Made by a program: the position numbers and the translations under genes
The notes under the pieces: generated by a model
Databases searched by the model: none
Told to the model about the DNA's origin: nothing
The model's input: the letters and a program-made list of their open reading frames with translations, nothing else
Shown: positions 10,901 to 20,700 of the stretch, one piece after another
How positions within the stretch are numbered: the stretch's first letter is position 1
Layout of the letters: each line of letters begins with the position of its first letter
Assembly: GCA_040285825.1 (NCBI GenBank)
Contig: JAUPSS010000001.1
Location: forward strand, 1,054,001-1,118,000
From: Eukaryota sp. TZLM1-RC
Lineage: Eukaryota > Protista > Metamonada: BaSk clade
Length of the DNA stretch: 64,000 nucleotides
Direction: 5' to 3'

Positions 10901-13146
10901 GAATGGTCAAGCTGCAAAACCTTTTCCCAATGAACGTCCTGTTTAATGTGGTAAAAAGTTATTTCAGAAGTATCAGTTAAATGAAGCAAATCCAATTCAG
11001 AAACAGTAGTTGATTGATCTTGGTAAAAATGATATTGTAAATCGTTTTTAGATCTAATAGAATCAAATAAAAACTGACCAGGTTCATTGAAAATTGTACT
11101 GGAATAGGATTGTTCATAATGAGGGTTCATCTGAGAATCACCATCAATTTCTAATACTGATTGGGAACTTTCTAATTCAATTATACCAGGATTACTACCA
11201 CTAGCAACAATATTAGAACCAGTTGTGCAATGAAGGTAATCTTCCCACAGTAAAAGCTTAGCATTGTGGCGTAAATTAAGATTACCCCGAATTCCATGTC
11301 TGTTACTACGAGTATTATTGTACATTAAACGAAGGTTATTATTGTCATGAATAGTAACAGTAGATTCACTTTGGGATTCAAAAAGTAACCGAACATTGGT
11401 GGTTGCGGCATTTGAATTTGATCGTTGCTTTGTTAAAGTACCAGAATGAGCATTAATCATTGGAAAATTACCAGATTTTAGGTTGTAAGAAACAATTTCA
11501 ATAGTGTCTTGAATACGCATGGAACCTCTATTTTCAAGGACTACTCCCGTTTCAAAGTAAAGATAGGGTAAATGAAAACTACCTGGAACTGTTCCTTTTC
11601 TTCCAACTAACAAGGTTCCATAATTGGTGATTTTGGTATTATGGCGGAGAATGTTGAAAACAGTAATGAAAGAGTCACTTCCAGAAGTACTAATCTGAGG
11701 TAACAAAATATCAGAAGCATGCATTTGAAGGTTTCCACTAACAGCAGTCAGAGTTCTTGCAATAATTCTGCCACGTGTCAGTGAAACATTTTCACAATTG
11801 AGATAACCACTTCCATCTAATTGCAAATAGCCATCTACAATATCAATATTGCCCAAGTTGATTGTACCACCAGTAGTGATTCTAACTGTGCCACGATCAA
11901 TGTTGAAGTTTGTAGTTGTAGAGAATAAACCAGTAATGGTTAAATGACCTCCACTATTTACATTGACAGTTGACGCTGATACAGAAGACCAAGTAGTGGT
12001 ACCAGTAACAGTAGAAGTAGAGGTAAGGGGTTCAAATCCAGATGAAAGAGTCATTAACGGGGGCTGTATGTAGTTGATGGTGCCATTAATAACTGAAGAT
12101 TCTAACAAAACCAAATCAATTCCTATATTGAGAATATTATTTGATGAAATTACCAAGCTTGAAATCAATTTAGGTAGAGTTGAAGTAAAAGAACAAGAAA
12201 GAGTAGCTTCACCAACAATGACAGTAGTTCCTTTAACTTTAATATTTGAGTTTGAAGTAAATGATAATGAAACTTGATTTGTTATTTCAAAGTCCCCATA
12301 TACTGTAATGTTACCATTCAGCAACTTTGTTTTTGAGCCTTGAATTACGAAATTTTCAGTTATAATTAGATTTGAAACATTTAAATCACCATCGAACCAA
12401 ACCAAATTTCCTTCAATGACTTCATTTTCAACAGTGAAATCTTTGTCAACAAAGGTATCATCCATTAAAACACTTACCTCTTCTTCATTCTCTCCTCCTT
12501 TAACGTAGGGAAGCAACAACTCCCCACCATTCAATGGAACATTGATATTGTCAATGTCAAAGAAAGAGTCTTCTTTGAACTCTACCAATGAGTCTGGTAG
12601 AAGAGGGCTAGTTTTCAAGTACTGACATGAACTACCCTCGGAAAAAGTAAGGTTCGAGTAAGAGGACATGGTAACAGTGGAGGTGACGTTCCAGTTTCCA
12701 AGTATATAAACCTTTGAATGAGCAGATAGGGTAATGTTGGTATGATTCGAAGCACTCAACATGGAGGATAATACTGAGATTCCAGAGTCAAAAACTACGT
12801 TGGAGCCAGGTAAGAGGACAATGGTTGATTCTATTCGACCAACCTGAAAGATAATCTCTTTCGTTACAGACAGGTTGACGTTCGGAGAGCTAGAGCGAAG
12901 AGTTGCCCCTGAATGAATCGAGAGAGAAGGAACGGTATAAGACTCTGTAAGTGTGACAAAATATTGAAAGTGGCAACCTGGAAGAACTATGTTTGCATTA
13001 GAGGAGGAATCAGATGGTGAAAGTCCTTCGATCCAATTATGATAATCTTGAAAGTCTCCATCACGACAGCTCTTCCACTCGTAATGATCTGCCATTGTTA
13101 GACTCCATAGCAGACAACAGATCAAAAGAAGTCTGAAATTGGACAT
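1978..13146 (-). CDS. Giant (3722 aa) secreted/membrane surface protein: signal peptide, long beta-helix-like region, Ig/IPT-like stretches, Cys-rich (GCC2/GCC3-like) repeats and a multi-TM C-terminus
   Basis: One uninterrupted ORF. It has a hydrophobic N-terminus (MSNFRLLLICCLLWSLTMA), G/D/V-rich rungs, a Cys cluster (CHCKPG...CEPCPLGYY...CPQDKIT) and several hydrophobic helices in the last ~250 aa. Confidence 0.85.
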   Translation of the reverse strand: MSNFRLLLICCLLWSLTMADHYEWKSCRDGDFQDYHNWIEGLSPSDSSSNANIVLPGCHFQYFVTLTESYTVPSLSIHSGATLRSSSPNVNLSVTKEIIFQVGRIESTIVLLPGSNVVFDSGISVLSSMLSASNHTNITLSAHSKVYILGNWNVTSTVTMSSYSNLTFSEGSSCQYLKTSPLLPDSLVEFKEDSFFDIDNINVPLNGGELLLPYVKGGENEEEVSVLMDDTFVDKDFTVENEVIEGNLVWFDGDLNVSNLIITENFVIQGSKTKLLNGNITVYGDFEITNQVSLSFTSNSNIKVKGTTVIVGEATLSCSFTSTLPKLISSLVISSNNILNIGIDLVLLESSVINGTINYIQPPLMTLSSGFEPLTSTSTVTGTTTWSSVSASTVNVNSGGHLTITGLFSTTTNFNIDRGTVRITTGGTINLGNIDIVDGYLQLDGSGYLNCENVSLTRGRIIARTLTAVSGNLQMHASDILLPQISTSGSDSFITVFNILRHNTKITNYGTLLVGRKGTVPGSFHLPYLYFETGVVLENRGSMRIQDTIEIVSYNLKSGNFPMINAHSGTLTKQRSNSNAATTNVRLLFESQSESTVTIHDNNNLRLMYNNTRSNRHGIRGNLNLRHNAKLLLWEDYLHCTTGSNIVASGSNPGIIELESSQSVLEIDGDSQMNPHYEQSYSSTIFNEPGQFLFDSIRSKNDLQYHFYQDQSTTVSELDLLHLTDTSEITFYHIKQDVHWEKVLQLDHSILRILKTDGDLKIDEFDQEDGTTEIGDVGGDLIIDDLIVDGDFTVDEVEGDLFIENIIVKNNGDLNIGKVDGDLTIDDLVAGGNFKVGDVGGSTDIRHIQLIGDGEIDVPTSGGSDDLDIGEGQIIHYAEINDDFIIDGDVNCNGGSFFIDRVAQQFRVNSLNLVNCHLEIKRIDGNFNVLETIHETNSVLILGDNRGTSTVFGTFTLVSGSSFVINGHNVNFNAKLLIQSTSTFEVQSLTNNMFVQDIELNSGSSGRAQFSNIDGTLTLRNTDIRSGSFDINNVNTLTIPSSRTFRNRGGSASLSVGTFNLNSATFTHTSGTTTISNGQINTNSATLFSVSGGTCSLQCPSSPRHLDSATVTGGRLNFCNNNAYTVRKLHWTGGSIYANDLTIEEPFFVEDVSLSIYSNSKLTFLEPFSIVGSSSMDIGDSAQIISKKDFTVSSPFTVTSSGHGSSSRRSLLNVYGFANINANTDLQLKLITQKNLTLSAVSLFATEFDLGSHVKLEDDASIDSDHTIVIKQSKWISGYGSLLHKTHIYGEIYPHDKLEVEADLVLQSTATLHAYIYDASSITRVYSTGHVTLGGTLDVSFTMQPIGRNDGFAVLKYSSYHANFANTNFKCATFLDHEYHSDEFIITISSSIIPDLQKVSYIQHIGTDNRCCGTVERPCQTFGRIKERMGGKGTVWVLPGEFTSGTLPYEFYNVEWDVKRANNTVKFPCPSSNAPLLSIIDSDMKFTGINLLSCSVASLRITGSTITFEDFAVEQSNNNGHVEVIDSNIKFTNSKFTELEGKVFDISDNSKVEILASDFVSLKSPITNVIVNKDNSSLILSDSNLYHSCVKSFIYSKNSESIVTNMNSYHFYGYNGGLLDSFDSKITINNLKTIHQSSSSPNPVSCSIDSPIFKLRSTTSFDLSNSKVSGFRSKTFDSKDSDVNISEVEIVDSDTSEHFSFDSSTVNVVSLTLRNLTGSPVSQAKGQSTFSSSNYEFNVISDKHDLTHSHFVKNCNDKVSKSSYSVESINFNLKISDMKFDNFEGIVGDVKSDDQFGRLSVKAGDSTSTMDSDFGKVDPSIISTTNSSISISDFLVVNSDLNFMEAFTSDVVFNSLNVSNCHSSLFFNTTLSSVQLNNVIVDHSKGQFLLAQDTSEVVFGNFTLEKVASDSPLIEVFDTDFFSVDFDVFDCELFSLFDSLKSNSELTKTYLINLTLTSGNLLNLDQSYLELTQLEMVGYTFDGIPNVFTCKQQNYLISSINSTFTIIQSDLIGCLVDTILYFELNFEDSTAFFVSFLDYLALTKLSLANSTIELKTKHSVLFSSIVLDGKSSISGKDKYLNLELMVGELATIKECVGTREWQIKFNFHFAELIEDFVLIDEYNSAFKKLFSFSNYTSLTFNDNYAANSSLDYFEVHFSSPIIQFFHKTFFQLCSPELSIPSTPTQGKEFLLNGTNLGHDSLLISSSTISFIIPDSPINHESIRLFVFPGSGCHDVEVKRSLDNIILLLTFCCDTPTVDFTQLNSFSFQNILFLKGQNFFNSLDLINVDFFDATLDYSIISINHTELVIQIDNICDFSSTFSLAIVVDGLSSKSYEFSVIFPLYNTSSNSLNPFDEEISLTLNQDLTFNTLSQCNDIELVGNVPLNWTITGPTEFELTFDLAGVDSLQLLVQLSKNFTHVIEVPVVDFYVLPTHYICITHQICIIKVCVLFDNVDLHDYFPVGEGDISITEYEVLKPGCFLIKYIVKNRNKANIRLCTKSRCKNIESLPEAVTIDSLSPKLVQWQYKTTDVLMTLTGENFDHYDSTLWENSVIFGGQVVEVSIEGPTSATFTIGFTSIGNHSLQYTGFGSVVDLFTVNCDDFLVIVPLYFPQSELIIYSHFSESYLELFYGNEIFKISADKNSLITQKEPKIITLDFRTVSEMITLDHISEFIAVNLSYNFSINFPYSVSNIEINSLSSCSVEYASKENQIELEVLGSEVEVCVIELVVNYYESTVTKELIFQIVEPPKCKILANDYSSRSDNITLNILIEAGFSNFNDYYLTIDDKYLAYELIFCVENAEYYVQTIEVTLIPYHLNLTNPVSIVDFELVSDIFGLLLATQLQIFDIELFSESTTSIFTPGDVVIETNAVLKPPIYCVIQGKSFDVIIDGLNLICKNVIISSYKEFVKVSIYYFDLEIGSLELASEPFFVDQCFVADQVSHVQYTDLVISTEPLIHLFDKTRCCLVALGDCYSSFKAGEEFTIQFTETYQIMSITLTTNSSCWHFSQTSPIRLSNTTNDVWKCESLLNGFDDALMCSIEVDFSNIDSITFEILKNVLLFEIEIHGYKGSKCLRPIDDFLGMTSTGDFVSINGYYNVDGKMFEVIDSITTLLDDTILGKVITKPFNVNYSFSSPDCYHPTSMISALIEPQKPQSIILVNDTVTMISNSFILNFQCRDSNNLIVNCFDFGQTNLVNFTSFSYNYYYIQSFNSIQFVIHSIFPGNHSISLGIVQNSKLNFLLFQEFKEELLVNVFEINQCNRLNLFYSSCSLITLEITLNTQDLLVNYTQSLSLYEVDLSHDLMITHYVSSFNEYEVTGLPLAEIEILFSHQSTLTSAMFTLNDCDPTRINLNNECHCKPGTVLGSVGECEPCPLGYYLDNPLLGQCIGCPQDKITQSIGSSNLSECVCPKSEFDDGKVCTKCPKFSTCEYGELVSVSNGYKFTLETGAISCPYRYSCRNNQCRFNTKGIDCTECIDGTKRYGFVCIGASTFTTIIGLAFNLVLAFLLIISEYYLRFSKNFYKRIWNQINMPSLSENAIYLLTQYTGQVICPLRILMVLSVLINGNIVFITVPFSLSASLFGNRFGFLLLISCFLINYYFCRKVLGHKFQFKDSYYCHFCLFTGFIGIYAKLIVFELDIEILLLLGVLVYCYNVLHKYHKDNDRFRSLLLALLLIILLNSEFTIQLITQTIVFLVSTFFSGQKNAVVSYIGALCSIVLLVIHVFYS

Positions 13147-13968
13147 GATCTGGTATAGTCAGTATCAGTCAAAATATTTGATTCACAAATTCTAAAATCA
13201 TGTCTCAAAAATCCAAATTGTTGATTATTTATCAGACAAAATTAATAATTTCTTCAAAGTACGTGAAATCATCCGGAAATGGTAGAAAGGTAACAACATG
13301 GGAACGAAACATTGTGTCGTAAAAGGGTCTCTGGGAGTAATGGAATGATGACACTTAAAGCAACAAGACCAGTTATCGTTACAAGCTTCAACATCCTTCA
13401 AAATTAGTCCAAATCATCAGAAATTAGGAATTTGAAACACAAAGACAGATTTTTGTTATCAGTGAGGAAAATATTTCTGCACATGTCCTGAGAATTTCTC
13501 ATTAATTTATAAAATAAATATCACCACCACTGATGTAAACTTCTGACCACCAAGAGTTAGTATACGCTAAACACCTTGGAAATACGTACAGAAATGCACA
13601 CAAACCATCATTTAGCATATGCATTCAAAAAGTAATTTTTTTGGGAAAAGCTGCTCTCATGTTCTTTTCTCAAGAATTTACTTATTTTTTGAACTTGTGT
13701 ATTCTATCATCACATTAAAAATCCAAGACGAAAGTTCTTTTTTCTATTTACAATAAAAATTGTGATGTTCAACGCTCCATAATCATAAGTATAACTATTG
13801 ACGTTGGTGAAAATTTTAAAAAAATATTACTACATTTTTACAAATAATCAGTATTTGTTGTCGAAAGGTGTGAGTTATCTTGATTTTTTAGTTATATTTA
13901 TTTATTAGAAAACTTATAAATCAACATCTAAATAATCCATCTCTCCCAAAAAACAATTAGATGCAACT
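9727..13968. repeat. Left arm of a ~4.2 kb inverted duplication (partner 17713..21846)
   Basis: The reverse complement matches 17713..21846 nearly base for base apart from one internal patch. It covers a family-B tail, ~800 bp of upstream DNA and the first ~1140 codons of the giant gene. Confidence 0.95.
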
Positions 13969-14040
13969 CTCTCATAGTGAAATCCAAGAGAAAGCAAAGC
14001 ATCAGAGACCCTTCTCAACATCCCCTTAATAATAGAAAAA
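13885..14040 (-). mobile_element. Family B non-LTR 3' tail (5'-truncated)
   Basis: The reverse complement reads ...gctttgctttctcttggat..cactatgagagagttgcatct...gggagagatggattatttagatgttgattt, as at the end of 33391..34029. Confidence 0.85.
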
Positions 14041-14530
14041 GTCTAGTTGGTTGTTGTATACCATGTCTACCCCAAATAAAAATTTGTTCGAACTGGGTAT
14101 AATGGGGAGAGTGTGTTATTGATACTTGGTGCGCGATACTACCGACATTGAATGTTCACAAACAATCAGTATGATCCGACTCCTGTTAATTTGCGTTGGT
14201 TCGTTGATAGTACAGAGATGGAGTAATACTGAGTCGCACTTCTAGAACGTATAAGTTTGGTATCTGATTCATGCAGTTGATCACTATACCAAGATATGAA
14301 AGAACTTTAACTTTGAAGAGATCGATGTCCACTGCACCTCAAATACAATCAGAAGAAGTGAGAAAAACTGTTGGATGTCTATGGAATTGTAATGTTAATT
14401 CATGGTGTGGATCAGCATCTTTGGAATGAAAGTCGTCAAGTTTTGAAAACCTCAACATGATTCATTTCAACTACTTTTTCCACTAATCTCCACAGGTTAC
14501 TACTATTTGACATTTTTGTGCTGCTGGCCG

Positions 14531-15307
14531 ATGTCCTCTTCACCTCTGATTCTTGGTCCTCCCACTACATCTGAGCCGGTTCCTCACACAACTGATCCTC
14601 CACGTCTTCTTGCTGTTCATTCCGCTTCCAGATTCGTTGAAGTTTCAACTTGTCTCATATTGTCTTACATCACATCATCTCAACATCAGTTCGTCTCTGT
14701 TTCTTTCTCATTTTTCTTCACCCTTTCTTCCTTTTTCGCACCCCACAAGCGTCTCTTCTCCCTCAATCGCCGCTTAACATCCTTTCTTACACTCCTCCTC
14801 TCTTTAACTCTTGTTCCTTTGTTCTTACCAAGGTTTTCATATTCAACTTTTCTGGTCTCGGTGATTACTATTTCAATTTCTCTTTTTATAATTATAGAAT
14901 TTGCTATTCTTTCCCATTTCTTAACCAATAATTTGGTGCTATTCCTCACATTTTCATCTATTTTCTGGGTCATTCCCTATTTCATCTCACCCTATCGTTG
15001 TGTTTACTCTGATTTTAGTTCAATAATTAGTCTTATTCCAGTTTGTTTGCTTTGTGGGTTAATGGTTTTATTTTACAGTGAGACTGGTTGTTTTATTATT
15101 TTTCCTAGTTTGGTTGTTTGTTTTTATTTATTTGTAGTTGAGTTTTGTAATGGTATTTTTGATTTTTATCATCATCAATCTAGTTTTCTTCAATTTTGGC
15201 TTGTTTTTGGTTCTTTTTTTCAGTTAAGTGAGGCGGAACGGTTTGTCTTTGCCGTCCTCAATCTACCTGAGTTTAAGAGACAAAACTTAAAATCAAGTAA
15301 GTTTTGA
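14531..15307 (+). CDS. Hypothetical multi-pass membrane protein (~258 aa)
   Basis: ORF from the ATG at 14531 with several long hydrophobic stretches; no family recognised. Confidence 0.55.
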   Translation: MSSSPLILGPPTTSEPVPHTTDPPRLLAVHSASRFVEVSTCLILSYITSSQHQFVSVSFSFFFTLSSFFAPHKRLFSLNRRLTSFLTLLLSLTLVPLFLPRFSYSTFLVSVITISISLFIIIEFAILSHFLTNNLVLFLTFSSIFWVIPYFISPYRCVYSDFSSIISLIPVCLLCGLMVLFYSETGCFIIFPSLVVCFYLFVVEFCNGIFDFYHHQSSFLQFWLVFGSFFQLSEAERFVFAVLNLPEFKRQNLKSSKF

Positions 15308-15387
15308 GAGAAATAGTCTAGCAATTATTGTGGTTTTTTATGTTCAAATTCAAGACAACAGGTTCATTATAAGCTTTTTTCCCATGT

Positions 15388-15545
15388 AAATAGAACTGTA
15401 TTTTCTATGTTTAAGGGGATGTTGAGAATGGTTTGTGATACTTTGCTTTCTCTTGGATCTCACTATGAGAGTGTTCCATCTGGTTGTTTTTGTTTTGTGA
15501 GAGATAGATTATTTAGATGTTGATTTATAGGTATTTTCATGTTTT
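15388..15545 (+). mobile_element. Family B non-LTR 3' tail
   Basis: Matches about 33888..34030 (aatagaa...tttaaggggatg...gatgttgattt). Confidence 0.8.
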
Positions 15546-15939
15546 AATGATGAAAAATCGCACTGTTGATTCTTCATTTTGACTTGGTATTTTTTTTGAA
15601 TTCATGTTTGGGTACAGAGAGTGTATTAATTCGTGAAATAATTTTATTTTTTGACCTTTTTTTGACCTTTTTTTAATGGTTTATCAAGTAAGATGATGAA
15701 GATAATTGAGATACATCACGAGATGCTGACGTGGCACTAGTCTCATGTAACTGGGATGCAGATAGGGTGAAGAGCCGGTCAGGTGTAATTTAGATACTAT
15801 TGTGTGTGTAGGATCATTTTATATAACCTGTTCATTAAGAATTCATTGTGATGTAGTATGAAACTACCATGGCTGTGAATCATCAAATCTGGGTTGATAT
15901 TTATAATAAATGCAATAATGCAAAATTATAAAGTAAAAT

Positions 15940-16352
15940 TTTATTTATTGAACATGCACATTTAATTAAATCAACTCATAACTAATGGGACGAAATTTAT
16001 TGTACCAATGTCCTCTACAGAATCTTGATCTGCTTGCTGTCTAGCTCAAGCTTCTCTAATTCGATTGAAAAACCGAAGCAATCTATTAATTATGGCAATT
16101 TGAATCAGTGAACGCCATAAAAAGATATCAAAATCTTTTCATTATTTTTTCTTGAACCAAAAAACAAATAAACACTAAAAAATAAGATAATAATTATAAT
16201 ATATCAAAGTTCCTGCTTCAACTGATAGTCGTACGTTTATAGAAAATGGGAAAGCAATAAAAACAAGTGGTTTATTTCTATCAGCATTAGCTTCTTCAAT
16301 ATCTTTGTCATATTTTCTATGATTTTCTTTTGCTTTAAAATCAAGAGCATCT
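15940..16352 (-). mobile_element. Family D non-LTR 3' fragment (decayed)
   Basis: Encodes ALDFKAKENHRKYDKDIEEAN...FIAFPFSIN, and its 3' UTR matches 25876..25932. Confidence 0.85.
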
Positions 16353-16759
16353 ACAAAGACTATGCTTTCTTCTTTGAACCGAAATGTTATTTGCAACTTG
16401 ACAGGAATAATAAACAGAGGGCAATAATTATATAATTGTACTCAAGAAATTCAATCCAATTGAATATAGTGATATAACAAAGTCGGTGTTTCTTGTTTTT
16501 CTTGCTATTTCCTGCTATCTCCTGCTATTTTTTCGAGTATCGTATAATTTCTATTCATCATTTCACCCCCAGCTTTGATATTCATGATTTGATCCTTAAA
16601 TGTAACCTATAATTTCGGCAATTGTTGCGAAACTTTCCACAAATGTTGATAAAAACCATACAAATTTTTTGAAACTATTTTTTTATTTGTTCAAAATATT
16701 CACGCAAAAAAAACTAGAACTTTTACTTTGAAATGCAAACAAATCAACCAAACAAAAGG

Positions 16760-16980
16760 CAGGAAACTAAACCAGAAAGTAGAGCTCAATATCCTTAACA
16801 CACGCATCAACATCATCAAATCTCTTCAATGCGCGATTTTCATACTCTATTCCTAATTGTAACCGTGCTTTGGTTGTCATTTCTCGAGTTGCTTTAAGTG
16901 TACTAAAACAATTCTATTGTGCCAGAAATTAAACATCAACTCTTTTCCTGCTCTTTCTTTTATTAAACATCTGAAACCAT
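16760..16980 (-). mobile_element. Family A non-LTR 3' tail
   Basis: Reverse complement of the C-terminal coding end of 50938..51489 (GIEYENRALKRFDDVDAC). Confidence 0.8.
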
Positions 16981-17712
16981 ACGATGTAAATACCGAATAA
17001 CCATTTGCTGCTTGATGAGAAATGCACATCAGCTTGAATACTGAACCACATACACTTAAGAAAATAAAAAGTTCTATCCATTACTCACTATCGTGGAATA
17101 GATGTGTGAAAAATGAGGACCATGGTCCACATAGGATCTCTTACAGAGCCACAATTGGCAGTAAATCCCGCCTCTGCACCCCGTGTTGCCATGGGCATAA
17201 CGAAGGTTGATGATGAGGTGGTCATCTAACGGTGAAGAAAATTGAATTTTTTTATTCTTAGTAATATTAGATTTGAACCAATACAACTTCAGCCATTATA
17301 ATCACAAACCAACAGGAAATATTTTTGTCTATGTAGTAGAAACCGACTGATCTTTGAAGACTTTCACACTCAAAGGTTGTTACAATGTGAACATAAAAAA
17401 TGGATAAGGAGGAGAAGATTTTCCAGGTTAAAGCTAACCAACATGGTTCCAAGAGTTTTTCAAGTTGTGAGTAAACCTCCAATGTCCCATCTCGAAATTA
17501 TGAGATTCTCAAAAACAGACCAATATCTCTTCACAAAATATAGTTCCTGAGAAAATACCTCAGCAACAATGGATTATACCATGGAAGAGATCTCTTTGTA
17601 AGAATTGAATTGGGGCCAAACACGGTCAAAAAACATGTCAAGCTTTTGTGTAGAAGGCCATTTGAGTTAAGATTGTACATCCTGAAGTTGAAATATACAC
17701 ATTATAGTAGAA

Positions 17713-20700
17713 AGTTGCATCTAGTTGTTTTTTGGGAGAGATGGATTATTTAGATGTTGATTTATAAGTTTTCTAATAAATAAATATAATTAAAAAATCA
17801 AGATAACTCACATCTTTCGACAACAAATACTGATTATTTGTGAAAATGTAGTAATATTTTTTTAAAATTTTCACCAACGTCAATAGTTATACTTATGATT
17901 ATGGAGCGTTGAACATCACAATTTTTTTTGTAAATAGAAAAAAGAACTTTCGTCTTTGATTTTTAATGTGATGATAGAATACACAAGTTCAAAAAATAAG
18001 TAAATTCTTGAGAAAAGAACATGAGAGCAGCTTTTCCCAAAAAAAATTACTTTTTGAATGCGTATGCTAAATGATGGTTCGTGTGCATTTCTGTACGTAT
18101 TTCCAAGGTGTTTAGCGTATACTAACTCTTGGTGGTCAGAAGTTTACATCAGTGGCGGTGATTTTTATTCTATAAATTAATGAGAAATTCTCAGGACATG
18201 TGCAGAAATATTTTCCTCACTGATAACGAAAATCTGTCTTTGTGTTTCAAATTCCCAATTTCTGATGATTTGGACTAATTATGAAGGATGTTGAAGCATG
18301 TAACGATAACTGGTCTTGTTGCTTTAAGTGTCATCATTCCATTACTCCCAGAGACCCTTTTTACGACACAATGTTTCGTTCCCATGTTGTTACCTTTCTA
18401 CCATTTCCGGATGATTTCACGTACTTTGAAGAAATTATTAATTTTGTCTGATAAATAATCAACAATTTGGATTTTTGAGACATGATTTTAGAATTTGTGA
18501 ATCAAATATTTTGACTGATACTGACTATACCAGATCATGTCCAATTTCAGACTTCTTTTGATCTGTTGTCTGCTATGGAGTCTAACAATGGCAGATCATT
18601 ACGAGTGGAAGAGCTGTCGTGATGGAGACTTTCAAGATTATCATAATTGGATCGAAGGACTTTCACCATCTGATTCCTCCTCTAATGCAAACATAGTTCT
18701 TCCAGGTTGCCACTTTCAATATTTTGTCACACTTACAGAGTCTTATACCGTTCCTTCTCTCTCGATTCATTCAGGGGCAACTCTTCGCTCTAGCTCTCCG
18801 AACGTCAACCTGTCTGTAACGAAAGAGATTATCTTTCAGGTTGGTCGAATAGAATCAACCATTGTCCTCTTACCTGGCTCCAACGTAGTTTTTGACTCTG
18901 GAATCTCAGTATTATCCTCCATGTTGAGTGCTTCGAATCATACCAACATTACCCTATCTGCTCATTCAGAGGTTTATATACTTGGAAACTGGAACGTCAC
19001 CTCCACTGTTACCATGTCCTCTTACTCGAACCTTACTTTTTCCGAGGGTAGTTCATGTCAGTACTTGAAAACTAGCCCTCTTCTACCAGACTCATTGGTA
19101 GAGTTCAAAGAAGACTCTTTCTTTGACATTGACAATATCAATGTTCCATTGAATGGTGGGGAGTTGTTGCTTCCCTACGTTAAAGGAGGAGAGAATGAAG
19201 AAGAGGTAAGTGTTTTAATGGATGATACCTTTGTTGACAAAGATTTCACTGTTGAAAATGAAGTCATTGAAGGAAATTTGGTTTGGTTCGATGGTGATTT
19301 AAATGTTTCAAATCTAATTATAACTGAAAATTTCGTAATTCAAGGCTCAAAAACAAAGTTGCTTAATGGTAACATTACAGTATAGGGGGACTTTGAAATT
19401 AAAAATCAAGTTTCATTATCATTTACTTCAAACTCAAATATTAAAGTTAAATGAACTACTGTCATTGTTGGTGAAGCTACTCTTTCTTGTTCTTTTACTT
19501 CAAATCTACCTAAATTGATTTCATGCTTGGTAATTTCATCAAATAATATTCTCAATATAGGAATTGATTTGGTTTTGTTAGACTCTTCAGTTATTAATGG
19601 CACCATCAACTACATACAGCCCCCGTTAATGACTCTTTCATCAGGATTTGAACCCCTTACCTCTACTTCTACTGTTACTGGTACCACTACTTGGTCTTCT
19701 GTATCAGCGTCAACTGTCAATGTAAATAGTGGAGGTCATTTAACCATTACTGGTTTATTCTCTACAACTACAAACTTCAACATTGATCGTGGCACAGTTA
19801 GAATCACTACTGGTGGTACAATCAACTTGGGTAATATTGATATAGTAGATGGCTATTTGCAATTAGATGGAAATGGTTTTATCATTTGCGAAAGTGTTTC
19901 ACTGACACATCAGTGGCAGAATTATTGGAAGAACTCTGACTGCTGTTAGTGGAAACCTTCAAATGCATGCTTCTGATATTTTGTTACCTCAGATTAGTAC
20001 TTCTGGAAGTGACTCTTTCATTACTGTTTTCAACATTCTCCGCCATAATACCAAAATCACCAATTATGGAACCTTGTTAATTGGAAGAAAAGGAACAGTT
20101 CCAGGTAGTTTTCATTTACCCTATCTTTACTTTGAAACGGGAGTAGTCCTTGAAAATGGAGGTTCCATGCGTATTCAAGACACTATTGAAATTGTTTCTT
20201 ACAACCTAAAATCTGGTAATTTTCCAAAGATTAATGCTCATTCTGGTACTTTAACAAAGCAACGATCAAATTCAAATGCCGCAACCACCAATGTTCGGTT
20301 ACTTTTTGAATTCCAATGTGAATCTACTGTTACTATTCATGACAATAATAACCTTCGTTTAATGTACAATAATACTCGTAGTAACAGACATGGAATTCGG
20401 GGTAATCTTAATTTACGCCACAATGCTAAGCTTTTACTGTGGGAAGATTACCTTCATTGCACAACTGGTTCTCATATTGTTGCTAGTGGGAGTAATCCTG
20501 GTATAATTGAATTAGAAAGTTCCCAATCAGTATTAGAAATTGATGGTGATTCTCAGATGAACCCTCATTATGAACAATCCTATTCCAGTACAATTTTCAA
20601 TGAACCTGGTGAGTTTTTATTTGATTCTATTAGATCTAAAAACGATGTACAATATCATTTTTACCAGGATCAATCAACTACTGTTTCTGAATTGGATTTG

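Noticed and set aside
19383-19454. Stop-codon reassignment or readthrough in the duplicated gene
   Set aside because: The intact copy has TAT and GGA at these sites, frameshifts also occur, and other genes end in TAA, TAG and TGA normally.
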